A DNA stretch of 64,000 nt, taken from Planctomycetota bacterium. GTDB taxonomy: Bacteria > Planctomycetota > UBA11346. The notes beneath the pieces are model-generated. The model saw only the letters and a list, made by a program, of their open reading frames with translations, ran no database searches and was not told the DNA's origin. Every line of letters begins with the position of its first letter. The stretch's first letter is position 1. The stretch spans positions 43,423-107,422 of the forward strand of contig DASPLE010000058.1 in NCBI GenBank assembly GCA_035627695.1, written 5' to 3'. Both the position numbers and the translations under genes were made by a program. Below, piece by piece: positions 29,499-40,902 of this stretch.

Positions 29499-30521
29499 AT
29501 GAAGCCCGCTTCCGACGCGCAGTCCCCCGATGCCGCCGACCTGCGCCGGCGGTTCGTCGCCTGTCTCGGCCGCACGCCGGAATCGGCCGAGCTCGCGCCG
29601 CGCGTCGAACGCCGCGAGCGCGGCGATGGCTACACGCGCGAGCTCGTGAGCTTCGCCGCGAGCCCTGGCGTGCGCGTGCCGGCCTGGGTGCTCATCCCGG
29701 ACGGGCTCGGCGGTCCCGCGCCGGCGGTGCTGGTGCTGCATCAGCACAACGGCGAGTACCACCTCGGCAAGAACGAGCCGGTCGGGCTGGCCGGCAACCG
29801 CGACGTCGCCTTCGCCCATGAGCTGGCGCAGCGCGGCTTCGTCTGCATCGCGCCCGACATGGAGGCGTTCGAGGACCGCCGCGCCAGCGCGGAGGACCAC
29901 GCGCGCTGGCGTGCCGCGCGCACCGCGGTGGCGAGTTCCTATGGCGGGCCCGACGGCCCGCGCGACGGCGACTACGAGCGCTTCGTCGCCACGAAGCACA
30001 TCCTCGAAGGCTCGTCGCTGCAGGCGCGCTACACCTTCGACGCGCGGCGCACCATCGACTACCTGGTGACCCGCCCGGAGATCGACCCGACGCGCATCGG
30101 TGCGATCGGCCACTCGCTCGGCGGCCAGCAGACGGTGTGGGCGCTGGCCGCCGATGCGCGCCTGCGCTGCGGCGTCTCGTCGTGCGGCATCAGCACGCTG
30201 GCCACGATGCTGCGCGACGGCATCAACCACAACTTCGCCTGCTACGCCCCCGGGGTGCTCGCCGTGGGCGATCTCGACGCGCTGGTCGCCAGCCTGGCGC
30301 CGACCCCGCTGATGCTCGCCACCGGCGCGACCGACATCCTCTTCCCGATCGACGGCGTGCGCCGGATCGGTGCGGTCGCCGACGCGGCGTATCGCGCCGC
30401 GGGCGCCGGCGATGCCTTCCGCCTGCTCGAGCTCGATGGCGGCCACGCCGCCCCGGAGGCCGCGCGCCGTGAGATGTACGCCTGGCTCACCCGCTGGCTC
30501 GCGCCAGCGGCGCGCAGGTAG
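29499..30521 (+). CDS. alpha/beta-hydrolase fold esterase (acetyl-xylan-esterase/dienelactone-hydrolase-like)
   Basis: nucleophile elbow GHSLGG, ~340 aa. Confidence 0.65.
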   Translation: MKPASDAQSPDAADLRRRFVACLGRTPESAELAPRVERRERGDGYTRELVSFAASPGVRVPAWVLIPDGLGGPAPAVLVLHQHNGEYHLGKNEPVGLAGNRDVAFAHELAQRGFVCIAPDMEAFEDRRASAEDHARWRAARTAVASSYGGPDGPRDGDYERFVATKHILEGSSLQARYTFDARRTIDYLVTRPEIDPTRIGAIGHSLGGQQTVWALAADARLRCGVSSCGISTLATMLRDGINHNFACYAPGVLAVGDLDALVASLAPTPLMLATGATDILFPIDGVRRIGAVADAAYRAAGAGDAFRLLELDGGHAAPEAARREMYAWLTRWLAPAARR

Positions 30522-30631
30522 AAGGAAGCGTTCGCCGCGATCGGACAATCCGTGCAGCCGACCCTGGATGGGGCACGCTCCCGTCGCGCACGCGGCAACG
30601 AACGTCCTGGCGTTCCAACCGTTTAGTTTCC

Positions 30632-33163
30632 ATGTCGTTCCCTGGCCTCGCGCGCCTCGCCCTGCTGCTCGCCGTCGCGCTCGCCGCCGGCGCCGCCGAC
30701 GCCGCCGCGCTGGCCGAACTGCGCGGCGAGTGCCTGCGCTTCGTCGCCGCCCGCCTGAAGCGCGGTCCGGTCGCCGACGTGCCGTGGTCCAAGGGCATGG
30801 TGCTGACGATCGAAGGGCTCGATCTCGCCACCGGGATGCTCGACGCGACCATGGGCACCTCCGGCCTGCAGGTGCCGGTCTCGACCGTCGACACGACGCA
30901 GCTCGCGCACCTCATGCGCCAGGCCGCGGGCCCGCGCGCCAAGGCCGATCTCGACGCGTGCGCGATGTCCGCCGCGCTGTTCCGCGTCGTCGGCGACCAC
31001 GAGAACGCGCGCCTGGTGCTCGAGCTCGCGAAGACCCACATGCCCGGCGTCGACGAGCGGTACGCGCGCTGGGCCGACAAGCTGCAGCTCGCGACGGTCG
31101 CGACCTCCGCGGCCGACAAGCCGGTCAAGGAGCCCGCCGCGAAGGACGCGTCCGCCGCGAAGAAGGCCGAGGCCAACCAGCCGGCGCGCGGCACGACCAG
31201 CAAGCGCAAGCCGATCGCCAAGGAGCATCCGCGCGTGTTCGGCTCGCGCTCGCGCCTGCAGCAGCTGGCCACGGAGCGCCCGGCGGCGACCAAGGCGATG
31301 CTCGAGGTCGCGCGTCAGGACGATCTCCCGGATTCGGTGGTGATCCCGAGCCGCGCCTTCGCCTACGCGCTGACCGGCGACAAGGCGCTCGGCCGCGGCG
31401 CGATCGACCGCTGCAAGCCGTACATCGACGGCGAGATCAAGGTCGGCCACGTCACCTTCGGCCACGACCTCGCCTGGTGCGCGATCGCCTACGACTGCTG
31501 CCACGACCTGTGGACGAAGGAGGAGATCGCCGCCTTCCACAGCTACATGAACCGCACGGTCGACGCGAACGTCGGCTCGGAGGTGCACGTCTTCCACAAC
31601 GGCTGGTTCGGCTACAAGAACTGGGGCATCGGCCTGGCGTGCTACGCGACCATGCACGAGAACCCGAAGGCGGGCGAGTACCTCAAGACGCTGGAGCACG
31701 ACTACGTGACGCGCGCCGCGCCGGCGCTCGAGCTCGCGGGCGATGGCGGGTCGTGGATCGAGGGCCACTACCTCAACTACTGGATCACGCATTGGCTGTG
31801 CTTCATGGAGGCCGCCCGGCTGTGCGAGGGCGTCGACTACTACGAGAAGGCGCCGCGCTTCTTCGCCAACCGCGCGCTGTGCGGCATGTTCGACATCTAT
31901 CCGGGCGAGCCGCTGCACCACCTCAACCGCGCGGTGCCGCACGGCGACGGCGGCTACGGCGACTACGGCGGCTTCAGCGAGATGATCCTCGCGGCGCGGC
32001 GCATCCTGTGCGGCTACTACCGCAATGATCCGGCCCACCAGGCGATCGCGTCGTACAGCGACCGCATCGAGACCAACTGCATCCCGACCTACGCGTGGTG
32101 GACGTTCCTGTTCGACGACCGCACCGGCGCGCGCGGCGATTACCACGCGCTGCCGCTGTCGCACGTCGCGCCCGGCGCCGGCGCGGTGTTCGCGCGCAGC
32201 TCCTGGGACGGCGACGCGACCTGGTTCCAGTTCCGCTGCGGCGACCGCCTGGCCACGCACCAGCACCTCGACGTCGGCCACTTCATGATCTATCGGCGCG
32301 ACGCGCTGGTCGGCGACGCCGGCGCCTACGACGACTTCGCCGGCGACCACGTGACCAACTTCTACATGCGCTCGATCGCGCATAACACGGTGCTGATCCA
32401 CGACCCCGCCGAGCGGTGGCCGGCAGGCATCCGCGCCTTCCCCGGCTCGACCGGCAACGACGGCGGACAGGCGTATCCCTGGCTCGGCACGCCCGCCGGG
32501 CACAACGCCGCCATGACGGATGTGCCGTCGTACCAGGCGAACCGCGCGCTGATGGAGACCGGCGACCTGCTCGCGTACGCCGATCACCGCGCCTTCGTCT
32601 ACACCGCCGGCGACGCGACCCGCGCGTACAATCCGGAGAAGTGCGCGACGTTCACGCGTCAGATCGTCTTCCTCCGCCCGTCGACCTTCGTCATCTTCGA
32701 CCGCGTCCGTTCGCGCCGGCCGGACCAGAAGAAGTACTGGATCGCCAACCTGCACGCGACGCCGACGCCGAGCGGCAAGCAGCTGGTGGCGACCAACGGC
32801 GATGGCCGGCTCTTCATCCAGACGGTGCTGCCGGCCGAGCCGGAGATCGCGCTGAGGAGCGGCGGCGACATCTACACCTACTTCGGCGAATCGCATCCGC
32901 CGAGCAACCCGCCCGGCGGCCCGGTCGCCCAGTGCCGCGTCGAAGTGTCGTCGCCCAAGGCGGACGAGGCCGAGACGTTCCTGCACGTGCTGACCGCGGT
33001 CGATGCGACATTGGAGTCGGTCCCGACGTACGACGCCACCGTCAAGGGCGGCGACGTCGCGATCACCGTCGGGCCGGCGGCGATCGTCTTCAGCATCAAG
33101 GACGTCGGCGGCAGCGTGACGATCAATGGGCAGAAGCAGGCGCTGACGTCGAACCTGCGCTGA
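30632..33163 (+). CDS. secreted heparinase II/III-like polysaccharide lyase family protein
   Basis: signal peptide; C-terminal heparinase II/III signature HQHLDVGHFMIYRRDALVGDAGAYDDFAGDH...HNTVLIHD. Confidence 0.7.
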   Translation: MSFPGLARLALLLAVALAAGAADAAALAELRGECLRFVAARLKRGPVADVPWSKGMVLTIEGLDLATGMLDATMGTSGLQVPVSTVDTTQLAHLMRQAAGPRAKADLDACAMSAALFRVVGDHENARLVLELAKTHMPGVDERYARWADKLQLATVATSAADKPVKEPAAKDASAAKKAEANQPARGTTSKRKPIAKEHPRVFGSRSRLQQLATERPAATKAMLEVARQDDLPDSVVIPSRAFAYALTGDKALGRGAIDRCKPYIDGEIKVGHVTFGHDLAWCAIAYDCCHDLWTKEEIAAFHSYMNRTVDANVGSEVHVFHNGWFGYKNWGIGLACYATMHENPKAGEYLKTLEHDYVTRAAPALELAGDGGSWIEGHYLNYWITHWLCFMEAARLCEGVDYYEKAPRFFANRALCGMFDIYPGEPLHHLNRAVPHGDGGYGDYGGFSEMILAARRILCGYYRNDPAHQAIASYSDRIETNCIPTYAWWTFLFDDRTGARGDYHALPLSHVAPGAGAVFARSSWDGDATWFQFRCGDRLATHQHLDVGHFMIYRRDALVGDAGAYDDFAGDHVTNFYMRSIAHNTVLIHDPAERWPAGIRAFPGSTGNDGGQAYPWLGTPAGHNAAMTDVPSYQANRALMETGDLLAYADHRAFVYTAGDATRAYNPEKCATFTRQIVFLRPSTFVIFDRVRSRRPDQKKYWIANLHATPTPSGKQLVATNGDGRLFIQTVLPAEPEIALRSGGDIYTYFGESHPPSNPPGGPVAQCRVEVSSPKADEAETFLHVLTAVDATLESVPTYDATVKGGDVAITVGPAAIVFSIKDVGGSVTINGQKQALTSNLR

Positions 33164-33165
33164 GC

Positions 33166-33237
33166 GCGAAGCTCGAGGCTCGAGGCTCGAGGCTCGAGCC
33201 TCGAGGCGCGAGGCGCGAAGCGCGAAGCGCGAAGCGC
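33166..33237. repeat. heptanucleotide tandem array (GCTCGAG / GCGCGAA)n ~10 units immediately after heparinase-like gene stop
   Basis: gcgaagctcgaggctcgaggctcgaggctcgagcctcgaggcgcgaggcgcgaagcgcgaagcgcgaagcg. Confidence 0.9.
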
Positions 33238-33238
33238 T

Positions 33239-33454
33239 GCGGGCGCTAGGCGATAGGCGGCAGGACAACCCGCGAAGCCCGCTACGCCCCCTGTCGAGCC
33301 TTGTCTCGACCGATCGCTTGTGGTCGCACGCCGATCGCGACAGTTGCGCCTTCCCGTCGCCTCGGCGACGACTCGATCAATCCGGGCTCCGCGCGTCGTC
33401 ACGACCGTCTGGTGCTCACCGGCTCACCCGCCGGACCCAACGGGACGACCCATG
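33239..33454 (+). promoter_or_regulatory. long (~215 nt) 5' leader of DEAD-box helicase with hairpin GTCGAGccttgtCTCGAC; possible cold-shock-type regulatory UTR
   Basis: inverted repeats read from sequence; DEAD-box/cold-shock genes commonly carry long structured leaders. Confidence 0.3.
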
Positions 33455-34900
<1,446 letters not shown>

Positions 34901-34930
34901 ACGGTCGCTGACGATCCGCGACGCAGAGCG

Positions 34931-34959
34931 GCCCACCGGCGACGGTGGGCCGTTTTTTT
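34931..34959 (+). terminator. rho-independent terminator (stem GCCCACCG/CGGTGGGC, GCGA tetraloop, T7 tract)
   Basis: canonical hairpin + TTTTTTT directly after helicase stop; also abuts the convergent gene end. Confidence 0.75.
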
Positions 34960-34977
34960 CCGCAGCCCTGCCGCGCG

Positions 34978-36930
34978 TCAGCCGCTGCCCGACGGCGGCT
35001 GCGGGACGATCGCCCAGCGCTGGTTGTCGCTGCCGTGCTCCGACCACTGGATGACATCCGCTCCGTCCACGGTCGAGGCGCCGGCGACATCGAGCACCTT
35101 GCCGCTGTGCGCGGCGACCAGGCGGTAGCACCCGCCGCCGACGGGCTCGATGCGCCAGCGCTGGTTGGCGCCGCCATGCGCCGGCCACTGGATCGCGTCG
35201 CCGCCATCGGCGGTCGCGGCCCCGCCGACGTCGAGCGCCTGGCCGCTGCAGCGCGCGGTGAGCGTGTAGGTGCCATCGCTCAGGGCGTCGATGCGCCACT
35301 GCTGCGCCGACGTGCCGTTGTCGGTCCACTGGACGACGTCCGCGCCGTTGGCGCGCGACGCGCCCGCGACGTCGAGGCACTTGCCGCTGTGCTTGGCGAC
35401 CAGCTTGCACCACGCGCCGGTGACGATCGCGTCGCCGCCGGGCGGCACGCCGCCCGCGACCGTGATCGTCCACGCCGGCGAGCGCGCGGTGCCGCCGGCC
35501 GCGTCCCAGGCGAGCGCGCTGACGCGATGCTCGCCGTCGCGCGCCGTCGCGCTGTCCCAGACGACCTCGAACGGCGCGGTCCGCGACTCGCCGACGACGA
35601 CGCCATCGACCAGGAAGCGCACGCCGACGACGGCGACGTCATCCGCGGCGAACGCCCCGAGGCGCACCGCGCCGCGCGCCACCGCGCCGTCGTACGGCGC
35701 GCGCAGCGCGACCGTCGGCGCGGCGATGTCCGCGACCGCCGCGCGCACGAACGTGCCGTTCAGGTCCTGGCCGTAGCCCTGCCACATCGCCGGCGTGCTC
35801 CACGGCTCGCTCCAATGGAACGGCGCCGCCAGCGAGCCGATGTGGTAGGTGTTCCAGTCGAAGCGGTTCGATTTCTCCGCGCCGAAGTAGATCGCGCCGC
35901 CTGGCACATCGTGCGCCACGCCGTTGTGGCCGCGGCGCATGCGCACGACGTTGTGGTGCACCCACAGGTCGTGCTGGTCGTGGGTGCCGTGCAGCGCCGG
36001 CTCGCCGCGGATCTGCTGCTTGGCGCAGATCGCGCTCGCGTTGTCGATCACCGTGTTGCCGTGGACCTCGACGTCCGGGCTCTCCGACACCAGGATGCCG
36101 GCGCCCCACAGCCACGTCGCGTCGCCGCCGTTGCGCGCGACGAAGTTGTTCCGGATCGTCGCGCGGTAGCTGATCTCGTGGAAGATCCCCATGCCGGCGT
36201 TGTCGACGATGACGTTGTTCTCGTAGAGCGTGTCGATGTTGTTGATGTCGGTCCAGATGCCCGGGCCGTGGTTGTGGTGGCTGTGGTTGCCGCGGACGAC
36301 CAGGCCACGCGTCACGACCAGCTTGCCGGCGCCGCCGTCCTCGAGCCGCTTCCAGTTGTTGCCCGCGATCTCGTTGCCTTCGATCAGCATGCCGTCGCCG
36401 GTGCCGATCAGCCCGTTCCAGCCGTTGTCGAGCAGCCGGCAACGGGTGATGCGCGCGCCGTCGCCGGTGCGGATCGCCGCCATCGCGTTGTCGCGGACGA
36501 CGCAGGCGTCGATGACCCAGCCGATCCCGCCCTGGCCGGTCCCGTGTCCGCCGATGCGGATCGCGCCGAAGTGCAGCGGCGGATTGTAGCGCTGGATGAC
36601 CAGGTTCTCGATGCGCACGCCGGCCGGCCGCGCCGCGACATCGCCCATGAAGGCGTATTCGACCGTGCCGCCGCCATCCATGATCGCGCCGCCATCGCCG
36701 ATGAACCGCTGACCCGCTCGCGGCAGCACCGATTGCCGCAGGTGGACGCCGGCGCGCAGGCGGAACGTCGTCGCGCCGGGATTGGCGTCGACCGCCGCCT
36801 GGATGCTCTGGCCGGGCACGATGACGACCTCGACGGCGTCGAGTCCTGGCACCGCCGCCACGGCGAGCGCGGCGAGGACGATCGCCGCGGTCAGGCCTGC
36901 GTGGATGCGGGACGGTGGGCTGGGGATCAT
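34978..36930 (-). CDS. secreted right-handed parallel beta-helix protein (pectate-lyase-fold) + Ig-like region + ricin-B (CBM13-type) lectin domain
   Basis: signal peptide; repeated NxxxxDN / GN..HHN beta-helix turns; C-terminal three QxW repeats (QQWRI, QRWRI, QRWAI) of beta-trefoil lectin. Confidence 0.75.
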   Translation of the reverse strand: MIPSPPSRIHAGLTAAIVLAALAVAAVPGLDAVEVVIVPGQSIQAAVDANPGATTFRLRAGVHLRQSVLPRAGQRFIGDGGAIMDGGGTVEYAFMGDVAARPAGVRIENLVIQRYNPPLHFGAIRIGGHGTGQGGIGWVIDACVVRDNAMAAIRTGDGARITRCRLLDNGWNGLIGTGDGMLIEGNEIAGNNWKRLEDGGAGKLVVTRGLVVRGNHSHHNHGPGIWTDINNIDTLYENNVIVDNAGMGIFHEISYRATIRNNFVARNGGDATWLWGAGILVSESPDVEVHGNTVIDNASAICAKQQIRGEPALHGTHDQHDLWVHHNVVRMRRGHNGVAHDVPGGAIYFGAEKSNRFDWNTYHIGSLAAPFHWSEPWSTPAMWQGYGQDLNGTFVRAAVADIAAPTVALRAPYDGAVARGAVRLGAFAADDVAVVGVRFLVDGVVVGESRTAPFEVVWDSATARDGEHRVSALAWDAAGGTARSPAWTITVAGGVPPGGDAIVTGAWCKLVAKHSGKCLDVAGASRANGADVVQWTDNGTSAQQWRIDALSDGTYTLTARCSGQALDVGGAATADGGDAIQWPAHGGANQRWRIEPVGGGCYRLVAAHSGKVLDVAGASTVDGADVIQWSEHGSDNQRWAIVPQPPSGSG

Positions 36931-37043
36931 GCGGTGCTCCTGGGGGTTCGCCCGAGGTGGCCGCCGTGTCGTTGAGCGGCGTCAGGGCACCGGCGCCTGC
37001 GGCGGCGGCCGGTGACACACCGGACACGGGCGCGAGCTCGGTA

Positions 37044-37093
37044 CTTCGAGCTTCGGGCTTCGGGCTTCGGGCTTCGAGCTTCGAGCGTCGGGC
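37044..37093. repeat. heptanucleotide tandem array (GAGCTTC/GGGCTTC)n ~7 units between stop of ECF-beta-helix gene and start of beta-helix-lectin gene
   Basis: cttcgagcttcgggcttcgggcttcgggcttcgagcttcgagcg. Confidence 0.9.
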
Positions 37094-37110
37094 TCCACGC
37101 CCGCGCCGCG

Positions 37111-39240
37111 TCACCGCTCGTGCACGATCGTATCGATGCGCCCGGTCGCCTCGTGCCCCAGCGCGCGGAACTCGTCCCAGGTCAACCGACCGAGCCAGTC
37201 CCAGTGCCGCGCATCGCCCGACGCGACGTGGTAGGTGTTGCCGTCGAAGACGACCGCCTCGTAGAAGCGATCGCCGCGCTCCGGTCCACCCGCGCCGGTC
37301 GCGCCGGCGGAGCCGCGGAAGGTGATGTCGTTGCCGCGCACGCGCACGTCCGCGCAGATCCCCTCGCGGTCCTGGATGATGGCGATGCCATTGCCGCCAG
37401 CCGCGCCGACGACCACGCGGTTGCCGGCGATGTCGACGTCGCGCGCGTTGTACCCGGTGATCTGCGCCCCGAACAGCCACTGGTCGTGGCCGACGCCGTT
37501 GTCGATGGCGGTGTTCCCGGCGATCACCACCTCCGAGCTCGCCTTGACCAAGATCCCGCCGGCATTGCCGGTGACGACGTTGCGTTCGCAGCGCACGCCG
37601 GCGCTGTCCGAGTCGACCCACAACCCGCTGCCGCGATTGTCGTGCACCTCGTTCGCGATCAGCCGCAGCCGCCGCGCGCCATCGAGCTTCGCGCCCGCCG
37701 CCCCCCAACGCACGCCGAAGCCGGCGAAACCGTTGTCGGCGATGCGGTTGTCCTCGATCAGCGCGTCCTCGCCGCCGCCGTTGACCCCGCACGCGCCGTT
37801 GCCGTGGACGCGATTGCCGCGCACCACGCAGCGGTCGCCGATGCGGATGCCGGCGAAATGGTTGCCGCGCACGTCGTTGTCCTCGATCAGCCAACCCGTC
37901 GACACCCGCTCGCCGTCGCCGGCCATGATCGCCGCGAGATGCGCCGGCGTCGCGTAGCGCTCGACCACCAGGCCGCGGATCTCGACGCCGTCGACCAGGC
38001 CGCGGAAGGCGTGCGGCGCCACGCTGGTGGCGACCTCGCGCCCCGCCGGATCGTCGGCGATCCAGATCGCGTCCTCGGCGTAGTCGAAGAACCACGCGCC
38101 CGGCCCGAGCGCGTCGCGGCTGGCGACGTGGCGCAGCACCCGGCTATCGAGGAAGCAGTCGTGGCGGAAGGCGCCACGTTCGCGTCCCGGCTCCATCTCG
38201 CCCTGCGCCGACGCCTCCTGGGTCTGGCCGCGGACCACCCAGTGCGCGCCGTCGCGGACGAACCCATCGAGCAGCCGCGCGCCGTCCAGCACCGCGCCGG
38301 GTTCGCCGATGAAGCGGTCGCGCGCCTTCGGCGCCACCGACTGCAGGCGATGGACGCCCGTCGCGATGACGAAGGTCGTCCCGGGCGGATGCGCGTCGAC
38401 CGCCGCCTGCAGGTCGTCGCCGACCGCGATGCGGACGATCCCGTCGCGCTGCGCCAGCCACCACCCGGTCGGTGCCGCCAGAGCGAGGGCGGCGCACGCC
38501 GCCAACGCCATCGCCTTGAGCTTGACGAGGACGAGCGTCCGGCCGGTCGCGTGCGCTGCCGCGACCGCCACCGGCGACGCGCTGCCGGCCGCGCACGTGG
38601 CGACCAGCGCCGGCGGCGCCGCCTGCGCCGTCTGCGCGCCCAGGAAGCCCAGCACGAGCGCCGACGACACCGGCACGCCGCGACGGCGGAACGCCTCGCG
38701 CAGCCGCTCGAGCGCGCGCGTCAGGCGCGTCTGGATGGTGCGCTCGCCGCAGCGCAGGGTCGCGGCGATCTCGGCGCGCGAGAGCCCCTGGAGGTAGCGC
38801 AGGACGACGACCTCGCGCTGCACGCGCGGCAGGCTCGACAAGGCCGCGTCGAGATGCGGCCGCATGAGATCCCAGCGCTCGCCGTCCGCGGCCGCATCGT
38901 CCACCGCGCGCGTCATCGCCGCCTCCCGTTCCCGTCGCCGGCGCCGGGCCTGCTCGCGCCGCACGTCGCGCGCCGCGTATCCGGCGACGCGGAACAGCCA
39001 CGCCGGCAGCACGGTGTCGCGGCCGAGCCCCTCGAGCCGCCGCAGCAGCACCAGGAACGTCGCCTGGGTCGCGTCGTCCGCCCCCTGCGGGTCGCCGAGC
39101 ACGCGCAGGCAGACGCCGTGGACCAGCCCGGCGTGGCGCCGCACGAGCTCGGCGAAGATCGCGTCCGACGGCGCGAGGCGGTACCGGCCCATCAGGTCGG
39201 CGTCGCTGGCCTCGGCGACGGGCACGGGGTCGTCGGTCAT
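37111..39240 (-). CDS. ECF-type sigma factor fused via one TM helix to a periplasmic parallel beta-helix domain homologous to the neighbouring secreted protein
   Basis: sigma region 2 (ATQATFLVLLRRL...AWLFRVAGY) and region 4 (VVVLRYLQGLSRAEIAATLRCGERTIQTRLTRAL); TM LKAMALAACAALALAAPTGWW; beta-helix repeats (IEDNRIADN, GNRVHGN, HDNRGSG...) and shared DAHPPGTTFVIATGVHRLQSV...DRFIGEPGAVLDG block with 34978..36930. Confidence 0.75.
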   Translation of the reverse strand: MTDDPVPVAEASDADLMGRYRLAPSDAIFAELVRRHAGLVHGVCLRVLGDPQGADDATQATFLVLLRRLEGLGRDTVLPAWLFRVAGYAARDVRREQARRRRREREAAMTRAVDDAAADGERWDLMRPHLDAALSSLPRVQREVVVLRYLQGLSRAEIAATLRCGERTIQTRLTRALERLREAFRRRGVPVSSALVLGFLGAQTAQAAPPALVATCAAGSASPVAVAAAHATGRTLVLVKLKAMALAACAALALAAPTGWWLAQRDGIVRIAVGDDLQAAVDAHPPGTTFVIATGVHRLQSVAPKARDRFIGEPGAVLDGARLLDGFVRDGAHWVVRGQTQEASAQGEMEPGRERGAFRHDCFLDSRVLRHVASRDALGPGAWFFDYAEDAIWIADDPAGREVATSVAPHAFRGLVDGVEIRGLVVERYATPAHLAAIMAGDGERVSTGWLIEDNDVRGNHFAGIRIGDRCVVRGNRVHGNGACGVNGGGEDALIEDNRIADNGFAGFGVRWGAAGAKLDGARRLRLIANEVHDNRGSGLWVDSDSAGVRCERNVVTGNAGGILVKASSEVVIAGNTAIDNGVGHDQWLFGAQITGYNARDVDIAGNRVVVGAAGGNGIAIIQDREGICADVRVRGNDITFRGSAGATGAGGPERGDRFYEAVVFDGNTYHVASGDARHWDWLGRLTWDEFRALGHEATGRIDTIVHER

Positions 39241-39416
39241 CCCGGTCGACATACCCCTGATGGCCGCCGCCCGCCAGATGGCGTCAGCGAACCGGCGCCA
39301 TGCCGCCCGGTGGCCCATGCATCACCTGATCCGGCCCGCGGTTGCCATGCGCCGGCCTCCAGCACACTCCGCGCGCCGGCCCGCCGGATCACCACGGTCG
39401 CGTCCAGGAGCGCCCC

Positions 39417-40403
<987 letters not shown>

Positions 40404-40419
40404 TCCGGCGCGGCACCGC

Positions 40420-40902
40420 ATGATCCGCCCGGCCACGCCGGACGACGTCGAGGCGATCGTCGGGCTCATCCGCGGCCTGGCCGACTACGAGCGCCTGTCG
40501 CATCTGGTCGAGATCACCCCCGCGCGGCTGCGCGCGCACCTGTTCGCCCAGCGTCCGTTCGCCGAGGCGCTGGTCGCGTGCGCCGACGGCGGGCGCGTCG
40601 TGGGCTTCGCGCTGTTCTTCCCGACCTACTCGACCTTCCTCGGCAAGCCCGGCATCTGGCTGGAGGATCTCTACGTCGACCCGGCGCAGCGCGGCCGCGG
40701 TCACGGCAAGGCGCTGATCGCGAGCATCGCGGCGCTGGCGGTCGAGCGCGGATGCGGCCGCTTCGAATGGTCGGCGCTGGACTGGAACGCGCCGGCGATC
40801 GGCTTCTACCACGCGCTCGGCGCGGTGCGGCTCGATGAGTGGACCAGCTTCCGTCTCGCCGGCGACGCGCTGACCAGGCTCGCGGCGAGCGCTCAGGCGT
40901 AG
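40420..40902 (+). CDS. GNAT-family N-acetyltransferase
   Basis: 160 aa; acetyl-CoA motif QRGRGHGKALI. Confidence 0.7.
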   Translation: MIRPATPDDVEAIVGLIRGLADYERLSHLVEITPARLRAHLFAQRPFAEALVACADGGRVVGFALFFPTYSTFLGKPGIWLEDLYVDPAQRGRGHGKALIASIAALAVERGCGRFEWSALDWNAPAIGFYHALGAVRLDEWTSFRLAGDALTRLAASAQA

